A stretch of 63,592 nucleotides of DNA, filler included, from Octopus bimaculoides (GCF_001194135.2; 5 parts of 4 records of this genome joined end to end with filler, not necessarily neighbours in it), one strand, 5' to 3'; shown: positions 52,280-63,592, counted from the whole stretch's first letter. Numbers and translations: made by a program. Notes: generated from the sequence alone by a model not told the origin.

Positions 52280-52579
52280 TTGACACTCCGTCGCTTACGA
52301 CGTCGAGGGTTCCAGTTGATCCGATCAACAGAACAGCCTGCTCATGAAATTAACGTGCAAGTGGCTGAGCGTTCCACAGACACGTTTACCCTTAACGTAG
52401 TTCTCGGGGATATTCAGCGTGACACAGTGTGACAAGGCTGGCCCTTTGAAATACAGGTACAACAGAAACAGGAAGTAAGAATGAGAGAAAGTTGTGGTGA
52501 AAGAGTACAGCAGGGTTGGCCACCATTCCCCTGCCGGAGCCTCGTGGAGCTTTAGGCGTTTTCGCTCAATAAACACTCA
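52280..52579 (-). mobile_element. SINE sharing its 5' module with 48751-49037 but with a different 3' body
   Basis: gccggagcctcgtggagctttaggcgttttcgctcaataaacac is identical in both copies; sequences diverge beyond acaggaag. Confidence 0.75.
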
Positions 52580-53023
52580 NNNNNNNNNNNNNNNNNNNNN
52601 NNNNNNNNNNNNNNNNNNNNNNNNNNNNNNNNNNNNNNNNNNNNNNNNNNNNNNNNNNNNNNNNNNNNNNNNNNNNNNNNNNNNNNNNNNNNNNNNNNNN
52701 NNNNNNNNNNNNNNNNNNNNNNNNNNNNNNNNNNNNNNNNNNNNNNNNNNNNNNNNNNNNNNNNNNNNNNNNNNNNNNNNNNNNNNNNNNNNNNNNNNNN
52801 NNNNNNNNNNNNNNNNNNNNNNNNNNNNNNNNNNNNNNNNNNNNNNNNNNNNNNNNNNNNNNNNNNNNNNNNNNNNNNNNNNNNNNNNNNNNNNNNNNNN
52901 NNNNNNNNNNNNNNNNNNNNNNNNNNNNNNNNNNNNNNNNNNNNNNNNNNNNNNNNNNNNNNNNNNNNNNNNNNNNNNNNNNNNNNNNNNNNNNNNNNNN
53001 NNNNNNNNNNNNNACAACCTTAA

Positions 53024-53314
53024 CCCATTACTTGCCATAATTCTATTAACTGGAATTTGTTTTATGAAACTTTGATTTTTAGCATAAAACAGCCTTAGAA
53101 ACACGCTGGAATGATCAAAATAACATTTCAAAATAACATTTTAAATAGAAATAAGTGAGATATTGGGTGAAAAATTAGCAAACCTCATTTGAATATCAGA
53201 GAAATATACCTAGTAGATATAGCAAAAAGGTTAGATATGTGTAAATATTGACAGATAATTACAAAATTTGTAATTTTTAAGTGATCTCATATGAGATCAC
53301 TGGTAGGTAATGGG
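53024..53314. mobile_element. piggyBac-type MITE with TTAA TSDs
   Basis: TTAA|cccattacttgcca ... tggtaggtaatggg|TTAA; internal 22-bp perfect palindrome at 53280-53301. Confidence 0.85.
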
Positions 53315-53334
53315 TTAACAGCCAATAACATTGG

Positions 53335-53770
53335 TTTCAGATTTAGGAACAAGGCCAACAGTTTCGGGGGCGGTGGTAAGTTGATAACGTAGACGCCAGT
53401 GTTCAACTGGTACTTATTTTATTGACTACGAAAGGCTAAAAGGCAAAGTCGACCTCGGTGCAATTTCATCTCAGAATGTGAAGCTAGAACAAATGCCGCT
53501 AAACATTACATCCGGCATGGTACCAATTCTGCCTGCTCATCACTTTAACAGAGTATAATATTGATTTCAAATTTTGACCAAAGGCCAGCAATTTTAGGGG
53601 CAGAGTATGCTGATTATATTAACCCCCAGTAATTAACTGTCTTTTTTTTTCATTAACCCTGAAAGGCTGTATGGTGATGTTGACCTCAGTGGGATTCGAA
53701 CTCAGAATCGGAAGATATGCCTCTAAGGATTTTGTCTGGCGCACTAATGATTCTGCCATCTCCATGCCTT
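53335..53770 (-). mobile_element. Two tandem family B SINEs
   Basis: Units 53335-53548 and 53560-53770, both with aaagtcgacctc/gttgacctc and ctcagaat...ttctgcc. Confidence 0.8.
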
Positions 53771-53814
53771 AACAGCTAATAATATTAATTTAACACTAGC
53801 ATCTTTAAAATCAG

Positions 53815-53990
53815 CACTATAACTGAGTGATTAGAGGATGTTGGACTCACGATGATAAGTTCGATTCCTGGACAGAGCGATCCGATGTGTCGTTGAGCAC
53901 TTCATTTCACGTTGCGCCAGTCTACTCAGCTGAAATGAGTTCCCTCTCCCTCCTACCCTTTAGCTGTCACATTCTGGATGTCCTATCGCA
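53815..53990 (+). mobile_element. Decayed V-type SINE
   Basis: gttcgattcctggac...gagcacttcatttcacgttgcgccagtctactcagctg. Confidence 0.65.
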
Positions 53991-54139
53991 GTCATGGGTA
54001 ACATAACTATTTTATTCTAGCAACTTACAGTATTTATCATGTTTTTATTTTTTTTCAGTCCTCGCTATCAAGAAGGCAAAAGGAAAGCTTGATGACAGTG
54101 AAATAAATGGTACATGCATGGTAAATTAGAAAACCCAAA

Positions 54140-54717
54140 GGATCTTTTTTAAAACGGGGGCCACATTTTTCATTAATGTTTTACGTAGTGTTTTTGGTAC
54201 CGAAAGACTTTCAAACTTCGTATACTTATCTATTTTGTGTTATAGAACAGAAAAATATTTTTGTATTCGAATTTATTTCATGTAAAAAATTGTCTTATTT
54301 CGATAATTTCAACCAATCACTGACGTCCATTCAGCCGATATACATTAAGTGCCGACTACATAAACAAACGATTCTTCGTTTTATTTGCTTTTTTCATTTT
54401 AAATTTGCTTTAACCCTAACCCTAACCCTAACCCTACGGTTAGGGTTAGGGTTAGAGTTAGGGTTAGGGTTAGGGTTAATTGTTTCAGAATCGTTTGTTT
54501 ATGTAGTCGGCGCTTAATGTATATCGGCTGAATGGACGTCAGTGATTGGTTGAAATTACAGAAATACGACAACTTTAACATGGAATAATTTATGGATTTC
54601 TTTTTTTTTAAAGAAGACTAAGAGAAAAAGATGTTTTATATGACACATTCTACCAGTGTTCCAAGTTTCAAAGTGTTTCGTTAATGAAAAATGTGGCCCC
54701 CGTTTTAAAAAAGATCC
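54140..54717. mobile_element. Nested-palindrome MITE with central inverted telomere repeats and 8-bp TSD
   Basis: TSD AACCCAAA on both sides; ~37-bp TIR ggatcttttttaaaacgggggccacatttttcattaa; 71-bp inner arms 54305-54375 / 54487-54557; (TAACCC)4 then ~6 TTAGGG units at 54411-54477. Confidence 0.92.
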
Positions 54718-54889
54718 AACCCAAATGCTACAAATATGTACCAGACTAAAAATAGTGTCTACTTAATTGGCACCGTCATAAACCGTCTAATAAGCATCTA
54801 CACTATATTGTTTTACCATAATTTTAGAAAAAAAATGCATGTAAATCTTGAGAATAAATTCCGGGTTGAAAGGGTTAAATCGATTTCGG

Positions 54890-55490
54890 ATCATAGCGAG
54901 ACAATATCGATCCCCAGTATGGACTTTAATCTAGGAAAAAGTTCCCCTACGCTTAAGGGCTTAAAAGCTCTTGAAAGGGATCTTTGGAGACTAATGGAAG
55001 AAGTAAAATTCCGCAAAGAGAACCACTTCCAAAGATCTCTCAAAGAAATTTCAGTTGTGGAATTCCGACAAAGTAATTGTATCATCTGACAAAGCCAAGA
55101 ACGGTAACTCTGTTGATAGGATTGCAAATATATTAATAAGGGTTCCAATTACTAGCCTTGTGTATTTACGAACTTAGTAACATTAGTAAGCGAATCTCTT
55201 TCTGGTCATCGGATGAGACGGCTTTTAACAATGTTTCTTTATACTATAACGACGCACTTGGGAATAGAAGATCCGTTGTGTTAATAGCAAAAATAATCCC
55301 GGGAGATCCTCCTGCCGAACTAGAACAAGGAAGGTTTTATGATTCAACACTAAATTTAATCTGAGTGTTAGGACTAATGCAGCTAGAGAATTCTAAAATT
55401 TAGTACCTAGATATTTCCCCAGGGACCATAAGTATTATAGAATTTTCAACAGAACTTTGAAGGTTAGCTATTCTTACTGCAAAAACTACT
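54890..55490 (+). mobile_element. Penelope-like element remnant lacking the RT core
   Basis: LKALERDLWRLMEEVKFRK...SDKVIVSSDK (pre-RT) is joined to ISKRIS..SSDETAFN...YYNDAL and RKVL*FN..FNLSVRTN..EF..L..RYFP..H...IFNR.TLKVSYS (post-RT). Confidence 0.75.
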
Positions 55491-55809
55491 CCTCGTTCGC
55501 GCGCGTCTTTATATTTACACTGGCGTTTGTTATTTATATGCAGACACACATTTATAAAATTTAATATTACAAACTCTGCCCGGAAACACGCTGAGTATGT
55601 GTTTATTATTTATTTGCAAGCGCTTTAGCTCCATGAAAAAAGGAACCTCCGCCATAACATTTATAATGTGTTTATGATTACATACAATAAACATATTTAG
55701 TGTCGTTGTAAGTTTGGGACCATACTACAATGCATTGGTGTTTGAATTATGAATGGAAAAATATTTCTAGCTCTGCCTTGAAGGAAGCTTTACTTCTTGG
55801 ACTCACATT

Positions 55810-55965
55810 GTTGTGCGCATCAAAGTTGATAAACCTCCGTTAACTGAACCGTATGCAGGTCCTTTCCGTTTTCTTTCACGCACGAATAAATATTTCACTA
55901 TAGATCTTAATGGTCGTAAAGACACTTTATCAGTGGATAGACTAAAAAAGGCCTACATAGAGAAA
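55810..55965 (+). mobile_element. Gypsy integrase C-terminal (GPY/F) fragment
   Basis: PPLTEPYAGPFRFLSRTNKYFTIDLNGRKDTLSVDRLKKAY. Confidence 0.8.
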
Positions 55966-56049
55966 ACTGTCCTTGTTCCCATTGCAGACGACATACACAC
56001 AGCATTACAAATACGGCCCGCATACCTACCTTCACATTCCATGACTACC

Positions 56050-56265
56050 ATTGGGATTGATCAGATACCGGGCAGGGATTCTGGATTATTTTTCCGGTTT
56101 TTTTAAAATTTAATTTTTGAGAGCGGTCCGGTTCATTTTTAGTATTCTCGTTTGTGAGAGCAGTCGAGTTTATTTAAGATATTTTTATTTTAAAAATTAT
56201 CTCCGACTAATCGTTGAGAGGACGTTAGTGTTGCCTTGGCGGAGGTTTGCGCTCTCTGAGTGCTC
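56050..56265 (+). mobile_element. Helentron/HINE-like non-autonomous 3' end
   Basis: ccttggcggaggtttgcgctctctgagtgct resembles termini I recall from Helentron-associated elements (from memory, not checked). Confidence 0.5.
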
Positions 56266-56317
56266 TTGCTATTATTATCATCATCATCATCATTATTATT
56301 ATTATTATTATTATTAT

Positions 56318-57070
56318 ATGAAAATTCACAGCTTATTTTTCTGGGTATGATGGAAAGTGTCAGCTGTCCACAGCCAGCAGATTAAGGTGACACTTGTTTA
56401 CGGCTCATACATCAAGAACTCTGCGAAGAATTCTTGCTATGTCGATTATTATGCATGTTCTTTCTTTTTTATTCACTACAACAACTTCCGGTTTCTTATG
56501 TCCGGTCAGGTGATCGCACTGGATCATTGTATCCCACAGGGTTTTGCAATTCTCATTGTCGGTGACTCCTTCTGGGGTTTGCTCATACGATATCTTTGCT
56601 CTTTGTAGGCCGTGATTTCCACAGAGCTCCCAATGGATCATTCTTGCCACATTGTAATGGCGTCTTTTATATTCGCGTTGTGCCAATTTCGGGCACTCGT
56701 TAACGATGTGCCATATTGTCTCACCCCTCTCACAACATATTCTATATTTGTTGCTGTCGGTAGTGTTGTCTATTCTGCATTTCACATAGTTGGTCCTTAA
56801 CGCTTGTTCTTGAGCTGCGCATATGAGTTCTTCTGTCTCTATCTTCAGTTCACTCCTCCTCATCCATAGCCACCGGTCCTCTGCATCTGTCTTGGCGTTC
56901 GTAAGTCTTGCAAACTGACCGTACAATCTTTTTTCCTTCCTTGCTTTTTCCTGTTTTTGTCCATTTCTTGTTAAAATTTTTCTTTCATTACACAATTTTC
57001 AGTTTTGACGACGCCGGCCTTCTTCGTGTGTTTCAACAACGGCTCCGCGGCATTTCTTATATACCACCAC
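56318..57070 (-). mobile_element. 5'-truncated R4/Dong-clade LINE (CCHC + restriction-like endonuclease) ending in (TAA)n
   Basis: ORF 56405-56995: LYGQF, AAQEQALRTN, RICCERGETIWHIVNEC, RHYNVA, LWD, KPEVVVVNKKERTCIIIDIA, RILRRVL*; 3' end abuts an ATT/ATC repeat. Confidence 0.9.
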
Positions 57071-57172
57071 CTCCTCCTNNNNNNNNNNNNNNNNNNNNNN
57101 NNNNNNNNNNNNNNNNNNNNNNNNNNNNNNNNNNNNNNNNNNNNNNNNNNNNNNNNNNNNNNNNNNNNNNNN

Positions 57173-57221
57173 CCTCCTCCTCCTCCTACTACTACTACTA
57201 CTGCTTCTGCTGCTACTGCTG

Positions 57222-57280
<59 letters not shown>
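57173..57280 (+). repeat. (CCT)n/(CTA)n compound microsatellite
   Basis: Direct reading. Confidence 0.95.
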
Positions 57281-57281
<1 letters not shown>

Positions 57282-57457
57282 TCTACCTACATATATATAG
57301 AAAGAGAGAGCAGACAGCAATGTTTTATTCTTCTTATCTGTAAGTACGCACTCAATATATATACGCAGTCAACACACTCTATATATGTATGTATGTATGC
57401 ATGTGCGTACGTACGTACATACACACATTTCATCTTCTCTCCTTTCTTCCACTCTTC

Positions 57458-57494
<37 letters not shown>

Positions 57495-58039
57495 ATACAT
57501 ACACATTGAGAAAGGGGGGAAAGAGATAGATAGACAGATAAATACAACACACACATACATGCTCACACACACATACACCCTCATGCACACACATACAGTT
57601 GCTCCCTCACACACACACGCACCACAATGACAACTCAAACACAAACATACTTAGAGACACACACAAACTCACGTACACACATATAACACCCCCACCAACA
57701 CACAACACAAATAAACATACGTACACATACAGACATACACATACATATGAACCATCACACACACATACGGTTGCTTACACACACACACACACACCACAAT
57801 GGGTATTTAAAACAACACACTCACTCAGACACAGAGAGAGACACACACACACNNNNNNNNNNNNNNNNNNNNNNNNNNNNNNNNNNNNNNNNNNNNTTAA
57901 TTAATTAANNNNNNNNNNNNNNNNNNNNNNNNNNNNNNNNNNNNNNNNNNNNTCTCTCTCTCTGAAAGTATCTGTCATTACAGTATCGAAATGTGATTGT
58001 TTCAGTTAGTGGAATAGTTTCATTTTTAAAGTAAAAGTA

Positions 58040-58234
58040 TTTGACATGAGTGTTTTTGTTTCACTTTTGACACGTAATACTTAAATAGTGGAGGAGATAT
58101 TATGTTGCCGTGTGCTCGAACTCTGCAAGAAGTTAAAAATCTTTTTTGACTAAAACACAACTGGAACCTTCAGTAAGGCATGTGTAAAATTTGAATGAAA
58201 TTGGTTGCGTAGTTCTCGAGTTTTAGGGATTCAC

Positions 58235-58265
<31 letters not shown>

Positions 58266-58289
58266 CACATTCTCATTTATATATATATA
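58040..58289 (+). mobile_element. Helitron-like (Lep1/MIME-style) non-autonomous 3' part with (ACAG)n
   Basis: aaaatttgaatgaaattggttgcgtagttctcgag...acagacagacag...ttatatatata layout. Confidence 0.5.
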
Positions 58290-58354
58290 AATAACAACAA
58301 TAATGATGCCACTACAACAACAACAGCAATCCAAACAACAACAACAGAGAGCAA

Positions 58355-58560
58355 TAAAGGAGACAATCTCTCTACGTGGTGGTCACTCAACCTCGTAGAA
58401 ATAGCAACGAAATCTCCCTCAAATTACGACGTTCCTTAGAAAAACAAGAACACTGATTGCATTCTGGTTGTTGATACATTGTGACAAGAAATAAAAAGAG
58501 ATGGTCATTGCTGGAACGCCTTTCATCATAGGTCAGCTCGTTAAAGCCTGACGCGTGACC
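58355..58560 (+). mobile_element. Family C repeat
   Basis: agaaatagcaacgaaatctccctcaaat...gatggtcattgctggaacgcctttcatcataggtc. Confidence 0.7.
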
Positions 58561-58773
58561 AATTGATAGATGAATATGTATGACTTATCAAAATAAAAAA
58601 AAAAACAGCGAGAAAAAGTTTAATGTTTAAATGGCGGGAAAATAGAGACGTTGAGAGGTTTAATATGGCGGGTTAGAAGGTTCTTTACAAGTACATCCGC
58701 CATGCAGGACATCCGCTTTTATAGTTCCAGTTCTTATAAGATCTTTCTTTCTCTCTCACTCTCTTTCTCTCCA

Positions 58774-58814
<41 letters not shown>

Positions 58815-58909
58815 ATTTGTGTGAATGTATGCATATCTGTGTATGTCAGTACACACACATACACGCACACACACATATATATATACACTCATACATGTCA
58901 AAACAAGCA

Positions 58910-58964
58910 GACAGACAGGCACATAGATAGATAGACAGACAGATAGACAGATAGATAGATAGAC

Positions 58965-59029
<65 letters not shown>
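58910..59029 (+). repeat. (GATA/GACA)n microsatellite
   Basis: Direct reading. Confidence 0.95.
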
Positions 59030-59384
59030 TTCAAACTCTAGACCTGACCATCCCTGATTACTTCTAGTCAGAACAATCACACAAACAGAAAGTACAACAC
59101 ATATAACACTGTCAGAAAACAACTACATTATCATCAGCAACAACAACAGCAGCAGCAGCAACAACAACAAGACTAAGAACAAAAGAATCATCTTAAGTAG
59201 CACACTTCCTCTTCGACGTTTAAAGGTCGTTCTTCAGCTGTGAACAATTGTTGGCTCAATGTAAGCTGTGTGTTGGGTGTGTAACCCACATAGGAAGAAG
59301 TACTGCCGCTGTGTCACCGACTGCTTAGCTACCGTTAGTGTTGGCTCAACTGAGTGAGACGTTGTCCATCCAAACCACGTGACA

Positions 59385-59520
59385 GAATTGCTTGAATGAC
59401 GGACGGAAAATATTTTGCTGTACTCGTTGCGTCTCTTGACGTTCTGAGTTCAAATCCCTTCGGTAGTCGGCTTTGTCTTTTATTTTCCGTGGTTCCAGTT
59501 GGGTACTGAGGTCCAGTTTC
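59385..59520 (+). mobile_element. Family B SINE fragment
   Basis: gacgttctgagttcaaatcc...gtcggctttgtctttta. Confidence 0.7.
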
Positions 59521-59592
59521 AAAACAACTTCAACTGTGAAACGCAGACAAGCGACGCTGTCAAGAGTTCGAATGACAGTCAAAATACTTTGA

Positions 59593-59802
59593 TCCTTTTG
59601 ATGCCAGCCCGCCTGAGACCGCCCCAATGTCTAGGGTACAAATTCCATGTTTGAAATGATCTAAATTAAAAGCTTCCTTCAAAATGTTTATTTATGTTCC
59701 AAAACACTAGCACGACAAAGTTATTTGACTAATTTCTTCATTAGCTTCGAAATTAATTGAATAAAGGCAGTGAATCTCAACAAAAATTTAGCAAGCAAAA
59801 GG
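59593..59802. mobile_element. Decayed piggyBac-type MITE
   Basis: ttga|tccttttgatgcc ... gcaaaagg|ttaa; left TSD and TIR degenerate. Confidence 0.55.
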
Positions 59803-61068
59803 TTAAATATACAGACATGTTTGAACCATGAATTTGTGTAGATATTTAGTGTGGGGACAAGAATATGCTGCGAGATGGTTCTAATAAGTATACAGACCCC
59901 GCTAATCCACTTTGTTTTTCATCTTTCCGGGACCGGTTTAAAATAAAATATCTGCTTCAGTTGTTGTAAAGTCCCAGGTCAATAGAGCTCTATGACACCT
60001 CGGTGTGATCACTCAACAGGTCCATTGTATCCTGTTGCACATGAGTTTGGAGAGAAGGAAAACAATCTCTTAGACTTTTTGGTTGGCACGAAAACGTAAC
60101 AGCTAGAGAAGAACCAGTTGATTACATTGTGAAGTATCTCGTACCAAAAGTGTCAACTTTTAATATAAGCACAAGACAAGACACATAGCTACAGGCTGTT
60201 TCGTGTAATTATGCACTTGTTGCATAAAACACTCACTTGAATTACCCGCTTTCATGTATCTTATATCTGTACAACTGTTTACCTACTCACCTATATTCTA
60301 ATTATATTCTAATCATTTATCTACGTTTCGGCGTTATTTCTCCCTATCCAACTCCTTCATTCTATCTGTTTATCTGTCTTTCTAACCACTTGTCTATTTA
60401 TCTACCTCGTTACCCAGCGATCTGTCCATCCACCAACATACCTACCCATCTACTTATCCTTCTATCTATCTGTTCTTCTAAGCAAACCCTGAAATCTAAA
60501 CATCTTCCTAACCCTTCAGGTCACTCCCTAATAATCTTCTTTCTCTCAAACCCCGTCCTTTTACTCTTCCTTTATTGCTTTTAGTTGTCTTTCTTATTCG
60601 CTCAGCAAAGAGAATTACGAGATCTATTTACATCTGTTTAATTTGTCAGTGCGAAGGCTTCAGAAAGAACAAAACTGTTGTTAAACTGCTTTGAATCTAT
60701 TTTCGGGTTCTTATACATGCTGCGTTCTTATACAAGTATGTATGTATGTATGTATGTATGTATGTATGTATGTACATACGTAACGTATACACATATACAC
60801 ACTCATTCATTATATACATACACACAGATACACGCACACACATAACTATTTAACTATTGGCTCACAGATGTGTTGTGTCATCGCCTTATCTATCTTTCTT
60901 CCTTCCTGGCCACCGCCCGACACAATCCCATCCAGGGTACCCGCTTCTTATCTTTCACCCGGCATCCTTTCTTTTCCTGTCCATTAAACTACAAATTAAA
61001 TACTTTGCTGTAATCATTTCTACCCCAGACCTGCACCCAACCACAGAGGCACTGATGGATACATGTAC

Positions 61069-61116
<48 letters not shown>

Positions 61117-61126
61117 NNNNNNNNNN

Positions 61127-61171
<45 letters not shown>

Positions 61172-61489
61172 CATACCTATTCAGATGAATAAACAGATCA
61201 TACGCGCACATATGTATGTGTGTATCTGTGCATGTGTCTATGTGTGTGTAATTGAGGGATTAGGTAAGATCCTGGCAATCACTTTTAATTAACCAAAGAA
61301 CGATAAGCTGTACTTCGGCCAATTATTAAAAGTGCCCTCCGCGAATCCAACGCACGTCTATCAAACTGCTATAATCCTCGCAGATTGAATAACAAGAATT
61401 TTAACTGAGGAAAAGAAAAATCAAATCAATGTTGCGTACGTTTCGGTGAACGAATGTCATTTATTTCATATTACATACAATATTCTTTT

Positions 61490-61572
61490 CTACTCAAGGC
61501 ACAAGGCCCGACATTTTTGGGGAGGGGTGGTCAATCGATTAGATCGACCCCGTACGCAACTGGTACTTAATT
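61490..61572 (-). mobile_element. Family B SINE 3' fragment
   Basis: aggcacaaggcc...gattagatcgacccc.gtacgcaactggtacttaattta. Confidence 0.8.
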
Positions 61573-61736
61573 TATTACATACAATATTGCGCAATTTTAT
61601 GTAATTAACATCAGCACCTTATAATGCAATGGTTCTTCCTCGCGTATCACCGACCTTTTCACCTCATGGAAAGGATTAATTGAGACGGTTATTGCATATG
61701 GATAAAACTGGTCGTAGACAGATCGATCGTCTCAGG

Positions 61737-61992
61737 TAGTGGTTCGCAATCGGAGGCCATTTGGCCCATGCGGTTCAACAAAAGATTTTCTTGTTAAAAT
61801 TTATCTGCAATAAATTGTTTATTGATACACAAAACATTTTAAGAATCTTGTTTTTGTTTTTTTTCCTACAATTCTTCATAATATTTTTTTGTTAAAATAT
61901 GGGGAGTTATTTAAACATCGAATAACTATGAAGTCCAAATGCTAAAATCAGAATCAAAGAAGTCCACGGGCAAAAATGGTTGAGAACCACCG
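61737..61992. mobile_element. hAT-type MITE with perfect 8-bp TSD GTCTCAGG
   Basis: GTCTCAGG|tagtggttcgcaatc ... ggttgagaaccaccg|GTCTCAGG. Confidence 0.88.
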
Positions 61993-62036
61993 GTCTCAGG
62001 GAATATTTGATGGACATTCCGCTAAAAACAAAATAG

Positions 62037-62630
62037 CGCCTGTCGCCTATCGCCTGTCGCCTGTCACATGTTACTTGTTCCTTGTCTCTTCCCTACTTCA
62101 CTACCCCGTGCCATTTCCCACCCCCAACCTTCTCCCTCGTTGTATTCTGTTTCATTCAACATCACTAACTACTTCCGGAGCACATCACAAACTACTTCCG
62201 TGTCATATCTTAGACATGAAAAACAAATTGTTCCCCGCTTCAACACAGTTTCTCCGTTGGTTCACAAGAACCGATTGCATTTCCTCTTCCACCGTCTACA
62301 GATAAACGTCTACAGATGCACTTTACACACACAAGCACGCGCGCTACGACACCAGTTATTATCATTGTTCTCTATTTTATCTCAGTTCCTTTTCCTCCTT
62401 CTCTTCAGCCAAACCCAATCGGTGCGTCGAACTTCAACCCAAATTATCAATGTTCCTTGATATAACGACTGTTATAACTGCTTCACCGCACCCAGCACAA
62501 CTTCCTCACTAACCAGGTTTCTGTGGATAACAGCAATGGTGATAGGCGGGGTAGCGGGGTATGGGGTATCGTGGTTGGAGTAAAGATGGTGGTTGTTGTT
62601 GAGGCGCTGGCGGAGGTGGCAGTGCCTGTG

Positions 62631-62663
<33 letters not shown>

Positions 62664-62690
62664 GTGGGTATTAATTAAGGCGTCTTTCAA
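62037..62690. promoter_or_regulatory. CpG-enriched candidate promoter / first-exon region
   Basis: (cgcctgt)x4 at 62037, two 18-bp repeats with ETS-like ACTTCCG at 62160 and 62183, ccaat at 62415, (CGG)10 at 62632. Confidence 0.35.
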
Positions 62691-62751
62691 TGTGTGTAGT
62701 TGTCAAGGTAACAGAAGTTTTGGATGACGGAAAACATTGCAGCCTTGGTGA

Positions 62752-62807
<56 letters not shown>

Positions 62808-62911
62808 NNNNNNNNNNAAAAAATTAATACTGCGGTCCATTCATCTGACTGAAAGTTCTTCAAAGCGTTGCCCCAGCATGGCCGCAGTCAAAATGACTGA
62901 AACAGATAAAA

Positions 62912-62951
<40 letters not shown>

Positions 62952-63592
62952 GCACGCAACCACTCCTATACACAGTGGGGTATATTGGGGGTGTGTGTAT
63001 ATAATAGCGTTGTAGACAGTCAACAAACCACTTATAACCTGGACATTGGTCAAAGAAGGAAAGAAAAAAAAACAAGAAAAACAAACAAAAAAACAAAAAG
63101 AAATAGGAAAGCTTCCTTCACTTGACCTTCTGGTGTAATGTGAAACTTCTGTCTTTTCACCACTAATTGGTTAATTCGGTGGGTTTTTTTAATAGGAAAA
63201 CAAACAATACTACCGGATACTCCCTCCCTCTCTACATATTCCTCTGTGCCTTTCTTTCTTTCTTTCTCACCCTCTTTCTCTCACTTCCTCTGTCTTTCTT
63301 TTTCGTTCTCTCTCTCTTTCTCTTTCTCTTTCTTTCTCATAATAATGCGTACATATATGGAAATAGATATGAATATGTTTGTTCCGTGTAAGTGCGTGTG
63401 AGGCTGTGTATATCCGGCAATATATATATGTGTTTGCGTATATATGTGTGTGCGTGTGTGTATGGGTGTATGGGGAGGAACGCATGCGTTTGTATATATA
63501 AATACATATTTATTTATAATATTAACTGTCAAGGGGTCCTCTGAACTTTTGTTGGTCTTAGCTCTTGTCAGTTGTATTTGCCATGAATTATA

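Noticed and set aside
54411-54477. Telomere-telomere fusion site
   Set aside because: A fusion gives (TTAGGG)n then (CCCTAA)n; here the order is reversed and the repeats lie inside a TSD-bounded element.
62472-62690. Poly-Arg/Pro/Ala ORFs
   Set aside because: Products of the (CGG)10 repeat; no supporting motif.

Overview
AT-rich, repeat-dominated eukaryotic genomic DNA with many N gaps and microsatellites. The tRNA-derived SINE families resemble those I know from octopus (coleoid cephalopod) genomes; this species call is an inference. No complete protein-coding gene is visible. Most of the window is transposon debris: three or four SINE families (more than 30 copies or fragments), CR1/L2 and R4/Dong LINE fragments, three Penelope-like (PLE) fragments plus a decayed hammerhead-ribozyme repeat, three mariner remnants, a palindromic DD41D Tc1/mariner derivative, Helitron Rep, Gypsy integrase and SWIM-domain remnants, and hAT, piggyBac and other MITEs, several with readable TSDs. 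The best host-gene signal is a minus-strand start-codon exon (50147-50329) encoding an EERRPLL dileucine N-terminus with weak TRPML/mucolipin resemblance. The most unusual structure is a 578-bp nested-palindrome MITE (54140-54717) with a perfect 8-bp TSD, built around back-to-back (TAACCC)n/(TTAGGG)n telomere repeats. I cannot support a clearly new biological system. Long ORFs in the track that cross N gaps or microsatellites are artefacts. Boundaries of decayed elements are approximate.
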